Shown here in pieces: positions 35,793 through 44,902 of a stretch of 47,945 nucleotides of DNA. The notes under the pieces were generated by a model, which was given only the letters and a program-made list of their open reading frames with translations, was not told the origin of the DNA and did no database searches. Numbering within the stretch: position 1 is the stretch's first letter; the number at the start of each line of letters is the position of its first letter. This stretch comes from a virus (lineage: Duplodnaviria; Caudoviricetes): positions 1 through 47,945 of IMG/VR virus record IMGVR_UViG_3300015370_000021; one strand, 5' to 3'. A program made the position numbers and the translations under genes.

Positions 35793-36394
35793 CCTCTGCC
35801 CCCTGTGCGTGACGTGATCCAAGAGATCTCTTCCTCTTCCGGGGCCTCACCTTCCCTGTAGTCAGACAGGCGCGCCATCTGGATGGCCCTGTCGTAGAGG
35901 GCTTCCAGCTCCTGGACCTTCTGCGGATTGTTCTTGAGGATCGGGGTGGCGATGTCGGCGGCAAGGCGCCGGGCCACCGCGCGGGTGAAGTGCGGGTCGA
36001 AAAGTTCTGTCACGGTCACGATGGCCGTGTATTTCAGATAGACCACAGGGTCATTGGCCAGGATCATGCGTGATGCACCATCCTCACCGAGAGCCACATC
36101 GAATTTCAGTTCATTGCCCGCAGGGTCGATGAGTGTGTGCGCGTGGGCCACATCCACGGGCAGGGCGTAGGCATAGTGGAAATCCGCAGTGAAGGCTTCC
36201 GGCAGCGCGATGCTCGCCAGCCGCTTGCGCTTTTGGGCAAAGTTCCAGCGATGATCACGCAGGCACATCTCGACCGCGAGGTCATAGTACTGCGCGGCGT
36301 ATCTGGCCTCGGGCCGGTTCTCTGTCAAGGCAGCGATGGGAGGGGAGCCGAGCCAGCCAAGTGCCAGATTACATATTCCGATTTTGGTTGCCAT
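35789..36394 (-). CDS. Tail tubular protein A (adaptor)
   Basis: ICNLALGWLG...HRWNFA...YAYALPVD. Confidence 0.88.
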   Translation of the reverse strand: MATKIGICNLALGWLGSPPIAALTENRPEARYAAQYYDLAVEMCLRDHRWNFAQKRKRLASIALPEAFTADFHYAYALPVDVAHAHTLIDPAGNELKFDVALGEDGASRMILANDPVVYLKYTAIVTVTELFDPHFTRAVARRLAADIATPILKNNPQKVQELEALYDRAIQMARLSDYREGEAPEEEEISWITSRTGGRG

Positions 36395-36407
36395 CTCGTC
36401 TCCCTAG

Positions 36408-36433
36408 AAAAAGAGGGGCGCTAGGCCCCTCTT
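36408..36433 (-). terminator. Intrinsic terminator after the head genes
   Basis: Minus strand AAGAGGGGC-loop-GCCCCTCTTTTT. Confidence 0.75.
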
Positions 36434-36439
36434 CGTGGT

Positions 36440-36625
36440 TTAGAGGTCATCGTCCTGCACGCCCTTCTTGCCCTTCTTGGCAGGAGCGGGGGCGTCTTCC
36501 AGGATCTCAAGGTGGGTCGCCGTTTCGAGGTCATATCCTTCCAACTTGCGGCCTTCAAATTCCTGGCCGGCGGTGTAATAGACACCGTCAAAAAAGCAGT
36601 CTTCCAGAGCGCGATACTTGGACAT
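36440..36625 (-). CDS. Small head-associated hypothetical protein
   Basis: AAGGAG SD; 61 aa. Confidence 0.75.
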   Translation of the reverse strand: MSKYRALEDCFFDGVYYTAGQEFEGRKLEGYDLETATHLEILEDAPAPAKKGKKGVQDDDL

Positions 36626-36638
36626 AATTCAAACTCCT

Positions 36639-37079
36639 TTAGGCGACGACTCTGCCCGCGTTGATGTACTGGCCAGCTTCGTAGCTGTCCTGCTCTTCAC
36701 GAACGAGAGCTGCAGTGACACTGCCAGCGGTCGCGCTGAGGCCGACGACGGTGTAGACCAGTTTCAGCCAGGGCTTGGTCACGCTGCGGGGCAGAATGCG
36801 CAAGCCAAACTTATACCCGGCAACGAGAGACGCGAGGGCGATGGCCCCGGTGTCCCCGCCAGGGACGGTCGCGTAGGTGCCGCCCTCGGTGTCGGACTGC
36901 TGCAGTTCGACCTGGAGGGAGGTAAGGGTTGCGAAGGCTGCATTGACACGGATGTCAATGAAGATGGGGTCCATCTTGCCCGCGAGCTTGAGGCCACCGA
37001 GGTGGACCTTCTGGGCGCTGTCTGCGGTAGCGGTGATGGCCTGCTTGTCCGAGAACATGTTGAGAGCGTCAAAATACAT
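36639..37079 (-). CDS. Capsid cement/decoration protein (Bbp16-like)
   Basis: MYFDALNMFSDKQAITATA; follows the major capsid gene. Confidence 0.85.
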   Translation of the reverse strand: MYFDALNMFSDKQAITATADSAQKVHLGGLKLAGKMDPIFIDIRVNAAFATLTSLQVELQQSDTEGGTYATVPGGDTGAIALASLVAGYKFGLRILPRSVTKPWLKLVYTVVGLSATAGSVTAALVREEQDSYEAGQYINAGRVVA

Positions 37080-37095
37080 GGTATGTCTCCTTTAA

Positions 37096-37113
37096 AGGGG
37101 CCTTTCGGCCCCT
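37096..37113 (-). promoter_or_regulatory. GAAA-tetraloop hairpin after the major capsid gene (weak terminator or stabiliser)
   Basis: AGGGGCC-GAAA-GGCCCCT followed by a short T run. Confidence 0.55.
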
Positions 37114-37121
37114 GATCAAGA

Positions 37122-38108
37122 TTAGGACAGGGCGGTCTGCGTGGACAGAATCGCGTCACACTGGCGCACCGGGCGGCCATGCAGGAACGGGACGTTCTTG
37201 CTGTTGAACAGCTCACCGTACATGAGCTGCACGTTCCCCGCGTCGGAAGCCTGCAGCTCCAGGGCGGTCATCACGTCCTGGTTGCAGTACCACGTCAGGC
37301 GGTTGCGCTTGGCGGTAGGGATCTTGTTCTTGGCCTGGATGGTCAAGCGATGCAGATCGACGAAGCCGGTTTCGCCCTTGGCGAGGGTCAGCTTGGTGGT
37401 GTCGATGTTGCAGATCCGGACCACTGCGCGCCAATCGCGAACGGTCAGGCCCACGTTCCATTCAAACAGGGTGTCGACAGAGCGGAAGGGGTTGCCGCTC
37501 GCGTCCAGGGTGTCGTTCTCGGGCAGGACACGCATGGACAAACCGGCCTTGGAGTCCTTGGGGAAGATGCCGTGCACGTCGGTTCCGCCCCAAACGATGC
37601 CCCACATGTCAGTGCATTTGGTGCCGGACCCTGCGGCGTCTACGACGCCGGGGGAGCTCTTCAGCGGGTAGCGCATGTCCAGCCCGTTGAACTCGTCCAC
37701 GTTGGTGTTGGAGTTGCCGTAGAACAGGGTCGTGGCCAGCTTCTGGCGGAAGGCCTCGAGGAAGCCCCGGTCTTCCTGGGCGCGGTAGGACGCAGCCTGG
37801 GAACCATGGAGCTGGAGCAGCTTGACGTCGATGGTGTTGCGGGCTTCCATGAGCGCGCAAGCGTCCTTGACCTGGCTGATGCCCGTCTTGGAGCGCGGAA
37901 CACCCTGGTACAGCCGGCGCCAGTAAATGGTCGGCAGGCTGGTGCGGATCACAGACTTGTGGCCGTCGGTCTGGTTCGCTTCCATCCAAGGGATGTCGTC
38001 GTTGATGGAATTGTCCTGGTCCATGAGTTCGATGACGTCATGGATCTGTCCGCTGTCTTTGAAAAACTGGCCCCACTCAGCGAGGGTCCGCACAAGAGTA
38101 TCTGCCAT
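37122..38108 (-). CDS. Major capsid protein (BPP-1-like)
   Basis: RTSLP..YWRRLYQGV, EFNGL..RY, VRDWRAVVRICNID, PVRQCDAI; strongly biased codon usage. Confidence 0.92.
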   Translation of the reverse strand: MADTLVRTLAEWGQFFKDSGQIHDVIELMDQDNSINDDIPWMEANQTDGHKSVIRTSLPTIYWRRLYQGVPRSKTGISQVKDACALMEARNTIDVKLLQLHGSQAASYRAQEDRGFLEAFRQKLATTLFYGNSNTNVDEFNGLDMRYPLKSSPGVVDAAGSGTKCTDMWGIVWGGTDVHGIFPKDSKAGLSMRVLPENDTLDASGNPFRSVDTLFEWNVGLTVRDWRAVVRICNIDTTKLTLAKGETGFVDLHRLTIQAKNKIPTAKRNRLTWYCNQDVMTALELQASDAGNVQLMYGELFNSKNVPFLHGRPVRQCDAILSTQTALS

Positions 38109-38127
38109 TTGAATTCTCCTCTAAAAA

Positions 38128-38763
38128 TTACTCGGGGTTGGAAGGCCCCATGCCATCTTTGCCATAAAGGCGTTCAGGGACTGGGGCTGGCTTGCCTTTA
38201 TCATTCTGGCGCTCTCCAAAAACCTGATCCTCGCCCATGGCCGCGTGGATTCGGGCCAGGAATTTGATCACGCCGGGGTGGTCTCCGAAGCCGGAAGTCT
38301 CGAGGAGCTGGATCATCTGCCCAGCCCCATCGAACTTGCGCAGAGCGAGCTGTGCTCCCTTCACCGTGGAATCGAACTTGTCGCCGCCGAACTCCTTGTC
38401 GGTCTTGATCTCGTTCACCCACTCCTTGCGGGTCTGGAGGAATACCTCCTGTTGCTCTGTCTGGTTCGCGATGTGCAGATCGATGGCGGCCTGCGCCTGC
38501 TCCTGGGTGTACCCCGCGGCCTTGAACTGAGCTTTCACGCCGTCGAGCATGCCCTTGTCGATCTCGATTCCTTCAGGGAGGTTGAAGTCAGCGTAAGCCT
38601 CGGGAGCCCCCGCGGGCTTTTGCTCATCCTGTACTTCAGCCTTCTGCTCCTGGGTGGGGTCTCCACCAAGAAGCGTGTCAGCGCCGGTCTGTTCCGGAGC
38701 TTTTACTTCGCCACCGTCCGCGCCCGTGTTATCGTTGGCAGTGATGATCGTGTCTTCAGCCAT
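38128..38763 (-). CDS. Scaffolding protein
   Basis: Acidic; APEAYADF.LPEG, GFGDHP, ERLYG; directly upstream of the capsid gene. Confidence 0.8.
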   Translation of the reverse strand: MAEDTIITANDNTGADGGEVKAPEQTGADTLLGGDPTQEQKAEVQDEQKPAGAPEAYADFNLPEGIEIDKGMLDGVKAQFKAAGYTQEQAQAAIDLHIANQTEQQEVFLQTRKEWVNEIKTDKEFGGDKFDSTVKGAQLALRKFDGAGQMIQLLETSGFGDHPGVIKFLARIHAAMGEDQVFGERQNDKGKPAPVPERLYGKDGMGPSNPE

Positions 38764-39064
38764 GGAAATTCTCCTTGGAATGTTGTTTCAGTATGACCAG
38801 GGCGTCGGGTCTTGCCTCTGTAAGGATTTCGACCACGGCGGCTCCGATCTGTCTCATGCCTTCATGCCTGTAAACGTCCGCGTTGTTCGCGTAGCTCACC
38901 TTGAAATATCTGCTGGACTCGATGAGCCAGCACAGCAGCGTTCTGTGGTGCGGGCTGTCCATCATGGTCGAAAGCGCGGAGAGCAGCTCCTCGCGGATGC
39001 GCTCGTTGTCCTTGTCCCGTTTGGACTGCGCGACTACATCGTCGCCAAAGATCTCTTCCATCAC
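38756..39064 (-). CDS. Bbp19-like hypothetical protein
   Basis: EGMRQIG motif; located between the portal and scaffold genes. Confidence 0.75.
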   Translation of the reverse strand: MMEEIFGDDVVAQSKRDKDNERIREELLSALSTMMDSPHHRTLLCWLIESSRYFKVSYANNADVYRHEGMRQIGAAVVEILTEARPDALVILKQHSKENFHG

Positions 39065-40770
39065 ACGCCTCCGAAGGAACCGAGGAGAGCGTCAAGAGCA
39101 GACTCTTTTTCGCCCCCTATTTGGGTCTCGGAAAGGTTCTTGGCGGACTGAGCCATTGGCCCCATGGCCGCCATCTGCTCGGCCTGCTGCGCCTGGGCCA
39201 TCTGCTGCGCCCTCTGCTCGCGCATCGCATCCCTGTCTTCCTGGGCGCGGAGCATATCGGTCTCAAGGCCCAGGTAACCAGCGTACCCATCCGCCATCTT
39301 GTCCGTGTCCACGGCGTCGAGCAGATCCGGCAGCACCTGGCTGTAAGCGCCCACGAAGCCCATGAACTGATCGACAGCCGAGGTCGAAACCATCTTCTGC
39401 GCCTGGGCCAGGAGGCTGACAAACTCGACCTTGATCTCCTGCCCTTGAACTTCCAAGGGGGGCTCGGGCATCATGTTCTGCTCGGTCATCAGCTCCCAGG
39501 TCCGGTCGATCATGGGCATGAAGAGCTCGTCGTGCAGGCGCTCAAGGACAGGTCCAAGGAGAATCAGCTTCTCCTCTTCCCGCGCCGCTATCTCCCGCGC
39601 CGTGACCTGCCGGCGGTCAGATCCCATGAGCATCTTGAACAGGTCATTATAAAGACCACTTTTGATCTCATTTTTTAGGTCTTCAAGGGCCATCATCACA
39701 CCCTGCGTATCGGGGCGGATCTGCAGCAGCGGGTAGATTGGCTGGTTGCTGCCCTGCATGTCATAGACGTTCTCGGCACCGGGCAGCAGGGACAGACCCT
39801 TGACCCCAGAGGGCTTGGCCATGGGCGGGTCCACCAGCTTCTGCAAGGCCTTGAGCTTGGACCGTTCCATGGACTGCATCTGCAGCACGTTGCCCAGGAC
39901 ATCCATGCAGGGGCTGTCGCCGTACACGTCCATGCCTGTGACATCCCAGCGCGGGCCAAAGCCCGGGAAGGAGCGAAAGCCCCCCTCGGCCAGGAGGTGC
40001 GGATACTGAAGCCCGCCGCCTATGGTCTTGGTGCCGCCTTCACCTGCCTCCAGATAGTAGGTGCTGGCATAAGGCATGTTCATGCGGTCCAGCTTCTGTG
40101 GGTTGTGGTCCTCGCGGGGCATGACGGCATGCACCACAGTGAACCTGTCGACCATTCCCCGGGCCGGGGCTTCAAACATGCGCTTGACCGTGTCCGGGCA
40201 GTTATCGAACCCGAAGCGCCGCACGAGCTGGCGCACCGTCATGGGGCAGGATCTGAAGATCGTATCGACCCTCCCGTTCTCATCGATGTCGAGGACGTAC
40301 TCCCCAACGGCCAAAGGCATGAACCGGATGCCCGATCTCTCATCCTCCAGCTCAAACATGAAGCCCGTGCCAAAAGTGCCGAGCTGCGCGTACATGCTGT
40401 GGACCACGTTGTAGAAATTGCTGCGATGAAATATGGTCCGCATGCGGTCCTGGCAGTCATCGAGCCACACGCGGACAGGCTTGTATGTGGCCAGGGCTTC
40501 ATCCTGCAGGGAGAGCCGGAACCATGGCCTGGCCGGGGAGGTCATGCCGCCGTGCATGCCTGCAGCCAGGTCACGCATGGCCAGCACGCCCGTGTTGCGC
40601 AAGATGTCCTTGCGCAGGCCCCCTCTATTGGTGACATCACCCTCCTCTTCCAAGGAGCGCATCTTGCGCGGCAGGAAGTGCTGGGCCAGGAGCTTCCAGT
40701 CGGCTTCCCACGTCCGTCGCTCCTGTAGCAGGGCTCCACGGCGCTGGGATAATTCCTTCACTTCCACCAT
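39061..40770 (-). CDS. Portal (head-to-tail connector) protein
   Basis: GMTSPARPWF, SNFY, YGDSP, TAREI..R.EEK...LGPVLER. Confidence 0.93.
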   Translation of the reverse strand: MVEVKELSQRRGALLQERRTWEADWKLLAQHFLPRKMRSLEEEGDVTNRGGLRKDILRNTGVLAMRDLAAGMHGGMTSPARPWFRLSLQDEALATYKPVRVWLDDCQDRMRTIFHRSNFYNVVHSMYAQLGTFGTGFMFELEDERSGIRFMPLAVGEYVLDIDENGRVDTIFRSCPMTVRQLVRRFGFDNCPDTVKRMFEAPARGMVDRFTVVHAVMPREDHNPQKLDRMNMPYASTYYLEAGEGGTKTIGGGLQYPHLLAEGGFRSFPGFGPRWDVTGMDVYGDSPCMDVLGNVLQMQSMERSKLKALQKLVDPPMAKPSGVKGLSLLPGAENVYDMQGSNQPIYPLLQIRPDTQGVMMALEDLKNEIKSGLYNDLFKMLMGSDRRQVTAREIAAREEEKLILLGPVLERLHDELFMPMIDRTWELMTEQNMMPEPPLEVQGQEIKVEFVSLLAQAQKMVSTSAVDQFMGFVGAYSQVLPDLLDAVDTDKMADGYAGYLGLETDMLRAQEDRDAMREQRAQQMAQAQQAEQMAAMGPMAQSAKNLSETQIGGEKESALDALLGSFGGV

Positions 40771-40779
40771 GTCACTCTC

Positions 40780-41085
40780 CTATTGGCCAAGCATCGTTTT
40801 GCCGGTCGGGGCCGGTCCGCTAGAAGCGCCGAGAGGGCTGGTCAGCACGGTGCCTGCCTGGCCCATGTAACGCTTGCGCCTGGTGTCCTGCTCGTTCATC
40901 GCCTCAGTGGCCGCCGCGGTCACGTCCTTGGCCACTGCGGGCTTGGGTGTGGGCGGTGGGGGCTCCGGAGTCTTGGACTTCTTGCCGCCTCCACCGCACA
41001 GAGCCAAAGGCCCCGCGTATTCAAAGCTTTCTTCCTCAAGGACTGCACCGTCCCAGTCCAGTATAATGCGCTCATAAATTTTCAT
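40780..41085 (-). CDS. Small virion-associated protein
   Basis: GGAGG SD; CGGGGK...PPPP...GTVLT...KTMLGQ pattern upstream of the portal. Confidence 0.75.
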   Translation of the reverse strand: MKIYERIILDWDGAVLEEESFEYAGPLALCGGGGKKSKTPEPPPPTPKPAVAKDVTAAATEAMNEQDTRRKRYMGQAGTVLTSPLGASSGPAPTGKTMLGQ

Positions 41086-41573
41086 CTCTGCCTCCGGAAG
41101 TCGTAGACGCTCGCAACGCCCTCGACGTATTTGTTCTTCCTCTCGACCCAGCATGCCCCCGGTACATTGCCCAGGATATGGAAGCCGAGCGCCTTAATAA
41201 AGGGGAAAACATGGCGGTGCGTTGCCGGGGTCAGGCCGTAGACTGAGTGGAGCCACCCCCGCTCCTCCAGCCATGCCAATGCCGCCTTGCCTATCTGCAC
41301 CGAGTCCTGCCTACCCTCTTCAAAGATCGCAAAATGAATCTGTGCTGTGCGGCCCATATAACCATTAAGCCAGAAAAAGCCAACAGGCGCCTTGCCGTTC
41401 TCTACCAATGCCAGCCACCACGTTTCATTGCGCCGTATCCAAGCTTCATACGACTCGGGTGGCCCGTCGTACCACAGGGTTTTCCATAGAGTTACGTCGG
41501 TTTTCATGCGCTCGTACATAAGCATGAATTGGTCGCCGCTGAGCTGGGTCTTGTGTGTAAATTTGTACTGCAT
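41082..41573 (-). CDS. GNAT acetyltransferase-like protein
   Basis: VGFFWL...AQIHF...GLTP...KALGF. Confidence 0.75.
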   Translation of the reverse strand: MQYKFTHKTQLSGDQFMLMYERMKTDVTLWKTLWYDGPPESYEAWIRRNETWWLALVENGKAPVGFFWLNGYMGRTAQIHFAIFEEGRQDSVQIGKAALAWLEERGWLHSVYGLTPATHRHVFPFIKALGFHILGNVPGACWVERKNKYVEGVASVYDFRRQR

Positions 41574-41577
41574 ATTT

Positions 41578-43095
41578 TTATGCTGCCAGCACGTCGTAAT
41601 CAGTTTTGGCCCGGGTGGACCTGTCATCCTCACGCCCAGACGCCACGAAGTCCGGGAACTGCGCGGGGAAGTCCGGGTCCTCTATCCTCGAAATGCAATC
41701 CAGCATGTCGTCATGCGCGGACACGGGGAAGGCCAGGAACTCGTCGTCAATGAACTCCTGCACGAAGTCCCGGGAACGCCGCTCCTGATCCACATAGATG
41801 AGCCGGGAAGGAAGCAAGAACCTGCCCTGCTCGAAGACAGGGACCAGACGGCGGATGCGATCAGGCTTGGGCATGTTGCCCCCGAGCTTGATGATATTGA
41901 ACAGATAGTTGTCCTGGGCCTGCAGATACTTGATGTGCTCTATGTCCGCCTGCATGCCGTACTGCTCATACCCTGTGGCCTGCGGCCTCCACTTGCGGTG
42001 CAAGTGGAACAGGGTCCTCGCGCGCTCTGCCAAGTTCAGCCGGTCCCTGACACCGTCGAGGAGGCGGATGTGCTTGTCGGGACCAAGGCCCAGGACGACA
42101 AAGACAGAGTAGTCACTGTCCCGCTTCTTCTCGCTGGCCGGGTCCGCGAGCAGGTACACGTTCCACTCGTTGGGCACCTTATCCATGTGAACATAATACC
42201 GCAGCCATTCCTTCTCGAAGCCCTGTGCCTTGTCGGCCTTGGGGTCTTGGAGCATCTGGCAGCCGTAGACGTAAGGCCCCATCTCGCGGCGCTTGTCGTT
42301 CAGCGTCTTGCGGTCCAGGAAGACAGGCCTACCCGTGTCCTTTCCGTCATCGGTCGCCGGGTAGATCCGCGGCGTGGCAGCCTGGCGGTCCATCATGGTC
42401 CGGTAGGTGTCATTGAAATGGTATCTGGTGCCGATGTACCTGCGCCGGCCGCCATTGCTGCCAAGGTTGAGCGAGAGAGCCCAGGCCTCCGTGACCTTGG
42501 CAATCTGCTCGGGCGTAGACACGCTCTCCTTGGTGACCACGTCGTCATAGACGAGAATGGAATAGTGCTTGGACGTGGGCTGCCCATCCACCAGGCCCCA
42601 GGCCTCGACGGTGCGCTCCTTGGGGTTGGTCAGGCGCTGGACAGTGATGCCGCCGTCAAGAGACCAGCTAGGTGCGTCCTTCTTGGGATTGGCCCACAGG
42701 ATATCCGGGAACAAGGATTTGAGGTACTCGTTGGCTTCCAGTTCAGTCTTGATCTGCCCCAGGAAAGCCTTCGCGATGGGGCGATTGAAAGAGAAGATGC
42801 CAATAGTGACTTCCGGCGTGGTCAGGATGTCGCGGATGCTCTGCCCAAACGTGATGATCGTGGATTTGTAATGCTCCCGCGCCCAGAGATCGAGCATGAA
42901 ATCTGGGTGGGCTTCGACCTCGCGGCACCGCTCGTACAGCCAGTCCTTGTCGAGGTCGCGTCGGTTCATGGCCACGGAGAGCAGAAAATAGAGATCCCCC
43001 TGGCATAGTTGGCGCTGCGCCACGGCGTCCCGGGATTGCAGGACATCCAGATAGAGCGTGTTGCTCTGCGTGCGGGATAGCCCTCTACAAATCAC
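41578..43095 (-). CDS. Terminase large subunit
   Basis: REHYKST Walker A variant, VYDD Walker B, IGTRY, ADPAS, HDDMLD; GTG start after GGAGGA. Confidence 0.92.
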   Translation of the reverse strand: MICRGLSRTQSNTLYLDVLQSRDAVAQRQLCQGDLYFLLSVAMNRRDLDKDWLYERCREVEAHPDFMLDLWAREHYKSTIITFGQSIRDILTTPEVTIGIFSFNRPIAKAFLGQIKTELEANEYLKSLFPDILWANPKKDAPSWSLDGGITVQRLTNPKERTVEAWGLVDGQPTSKHYSILVYDDVVTKESVSTPEQIAKVTEAWALSLNLGSNGGRRRYIGTRYHFNDTYRTMMDRQAATPRIYPATDDGKDTGRPVFLDRKTLNDKRREMGPYVYGCQMLQDPKADKAQGFEKEWLRYYVHMDKVPNEWNVYLLADPASEKKRDSDYSVFVVLGLGPDKHIRLLDGVRDRLNLAERARTLFHLHRKWRPQATGYEQYGMQADIEHIKYLQAQDNYLFNIIKLGGNMPKPDRIRRLVPVFEQGRFLLPSRLIYVDQERRSRDFVQEFIDDEFLAFPVSAHDDMLDCISRIEDPDFPAQFPDFVASGREDDRSTRAKTDYDVLAA

Positions 43096-43684
43096 TGAAA
43101 TCCTCCGGGTCCTCTTCCTTCCGGACGGCGCCCTGCAATGCGAGGATGCGGTCCTTGAGGAGTGTGGGGCATACGCTGTGCTCATGCTGCAGGGGCTTCT
43201 CGCCACCCTCGACCTTCAAACGCTCCGACCACATGTCCAAATATTTACCCAGCAGTTCCTGGGCTTTGAGCTTGTCATACATCTCGACCGTGATCCGATC
43301 CCCGTACTGGCTCGGCTGCAGGGTGACCCGCTTGATGCAGGACCGGGCATTTTCTGGGATCTCAGACAGATCTTTCACTTCCAGCGTGGAGCCCGTGAAG
43401 TCCACCACGTCACATATGTCTGTGAAGGCCACCTTGGCTATCTCGCGCAGGACCTCGTCCTCGAGCAGCTCATTGCGGCGGCGCTGCTCCTCCTTGCGGC
43501 GGTTGATCTCATCCACGATCTTCTTGTTCTGCAAGAGACGCCACCCGGCGTTGGGGTCGCCGCAGTACCCAGCCTCGTCAGCAGCGCGCCTGGCAGACCT
43601 GCAGAGCATATAGCTGTCGATGAAAGCCGCCTGCATGGGCGTGAATTCATCAGCTCTGCGTGACCCTCTGCTTGAAACTGCCAT
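43085..43684 (-). CDS. Terminase small subunit
   Basis: Q..FIDSY....A..AA..AGY HTH; YDKLKAQELLGKYL. Confidence 0.88.
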   Translation of the reverse strand: MAVSSRGSRRADEFTPMQAAFIDSYMLCRSARRAADEAGYCGDPNAGWRLLQNKKIVDEINRRKEEQRRRNELLEDEVLREIAKVAFTDICDVVDFTGSTLEVKDLSEIPENARSCIKRVTLQPSQYGDRITVEMYDKLKAQELLGKYLDMWSERLKVEGGEKPLQHEHSVCPTLLKDRILALQGAVRKEEDPEDFSDL

Positions 43685-43983
43685 TACTTGCTCACCTCTT
43701 CGAGCTGATCGATGTAGAGCAGCAGCTCCATCGAATCCTGTTTGTCCATGCAGATCCCACCATCAACCTGAACCGTCAGGCTTTCCAGCGTCGGTCTTGT
43801 TGGTGGGATTGGCCTGGCTGTTGAAGCGGCGCATCCACTCAGCACCAGGATCAGCAGCAATGCGGTCAGCCCGGTCTTGAGCCGCCTTGATGTGCTTGGC
43901 GCGCTGCTCCCGCTCCCACCATTTGGAGAGAGCAAGGAGCGCGGCGCCAACTCCTGCGAGGAATGCCTTGAGCGCGCCCACAC
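43684..43983 (-). CDS. Outer-membrane spanin-like lipoprotein (start uncertain)
   Basis: RRLKTGLTALLLILVLSG-C lipobox and Pro-rich linker; overlaps the i-spanin in another frame. Confidence 0.65.
   Translation of the reverse strand: MWARSRHSSQELAPRSLLSPNGGSGSSAPSTSRRLKTGLTALLLILVLSGCAASTARPIPPTRPTLESLTVQVDGGICMDKQDSMELLLYIDQLEEVSK
43763..43981 (-). CDS. Inner-membrane spanin-like protein
   Basis: N-terminal hydrophobic helix then charged helix; directly after the holin. Confidence 0.6.
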   Translation of the reverse strand: MGALKAFLAGVGAALLALSKWWEREQRAKHIKAAQDRADRIAADPGAEWMRRFNSQANPTNKTDAGKPDGSG

Positions 43984-44201
43984 TACTTCACTGCCTTGCT
44001 GGCCTTGATGCGTCCAAAGACGGCGAGCAGACCGCCACCAACAGAGGCGACGACCACGACGGCGTCAGCAATGGCTGCCTGGTCTTCCGGCGCGATGGTA
44101 AGCCCAAAAGCGCCAGCGATGCCTGCGGCCACAGCGATCAATCCGCCCCAAACGGTTTTCGACAGATACCAAGGTTTCGCGTTTTCCATGTTGTCCTCCA
44201 C
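43983..44201 (-). CDS. Holin-like membrane protein
   Basis: KPWYLSKTVWG, two hydrophobic segments, basic C-terminus; start may be 44189. Confidence 0.75.
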   Translation of the reverse strand: MEDNMENAKPWYLSKTVWGGLIAVAAGIAGAFGLTIAPEDQAAIADAVVVVASVGGGLLAVFGRIKASKAVK

Positions 44202-44202
44202 G

Positions 44203-44316
44203 TTATAGGATGGCCCAAGCGGCCAGAAAGAAAAAAATTACCATCGCGGCCAGGAGTTTGAAAACGTCGAGCATGCCCCGTGTTATGTCCGCGATGAAAT
44301 CTTTTTCAAAGTCCAT
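44203..44316 (-). CDS. Small membrane peptide (37 aa)
   Basis: Hand translation MDFEKDFIADITRGMLDVFKLLAAMVIFFFLAAWAIL; fills the operon gap. Confidence 0.5.
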   Translation of the reverse strand: MDFEKDFIADITRGMLDVFKLLAAMVIFFFLAAWAIL

Positions 44317-44692
44317 TCTTCACGCCGCCCTGGCCGTTGTTCATGTTGGCAACCATCATCAGTATGCGGTCCATCTTGTCGTCCTGCCTGCGCATCCACT
44401 CAAGGGTCTCGCGCTGGTAGGTCCCGTTGCGCTCATAGCACTCTCTGCGGCACGCAGAGCAGTCCGCCTTGATCACGGCCTGGCTCTGCAGATCGGCCTG
44501 CTTCTGGTACAGTGTGTCAATCTTGGCAGACAGGATCTGGATGTCCCCGGAGATTTCACTTATCTTTGCGTCCATGGTGGCTATGTTTCTCCCGATGCTC
44601 CACTTTAAGACCCCGAAAGCCCCGAGGGCCGTGGCGCCTCCTATTGACACCCCCATCGTGACCAATTGAAACAGGCTGATGCTCATTTCCAC
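44306..44692 (-). CDS. Membrane-anchored coiled-coil protein (lysis-region hypothetical)
   Basis: AAGGAG SD; N-terminal TM segment, coiled coil, CxxCxxxC. Confidence 0.75.
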   Translation of the reverse strand: MEMSISLFQLVTMGVSIGGATALGAFGVLKWSIGRNIATMDAKISEISGDIQILSAKIDTLYQKQADLQSQAVIKADCSACRRECYERNGTYQRETLEWMRRQDDKMDRILMMVANMNNGQGGVKNGL

Positions 44693-44695
44693 ATG

Positions 44696-44902
44696 TTACT
44701 CCTTATCGCCCGCCAGATTCGCGCCGAGCTTGCGCTTGTGTATCTCGGCCTCGTACCCGAACCAATCCACCAACTCCTTAACATGTTCGATTTCCCCCAC
44801 CGTTGGCTCGTACCCCCTCAGCGCGTCGTGAATGAGCCGCGTTTGGCGCGGGGTCAGCCAGACTTGCCAGCCCAGGGTTACGCGGTCACAATCAAGCACC
44901 AT
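44696..44902 (-). CDS. Hypothetical protein
   Basis: GGAGG SD then MVLDCD. Confidence 0.65.
   Translation of the reverse strand: MVLDCDRVTLGWQVWLTPRQTRLIHDALRGYEPTVGEIEHVKELVDWFGYEAEIHKRKLGANLAGDKE

Noticed and set aside
41392-43008. 538-aa plus-strand ORF
   Set aside because: Antisense shadow of TerL.
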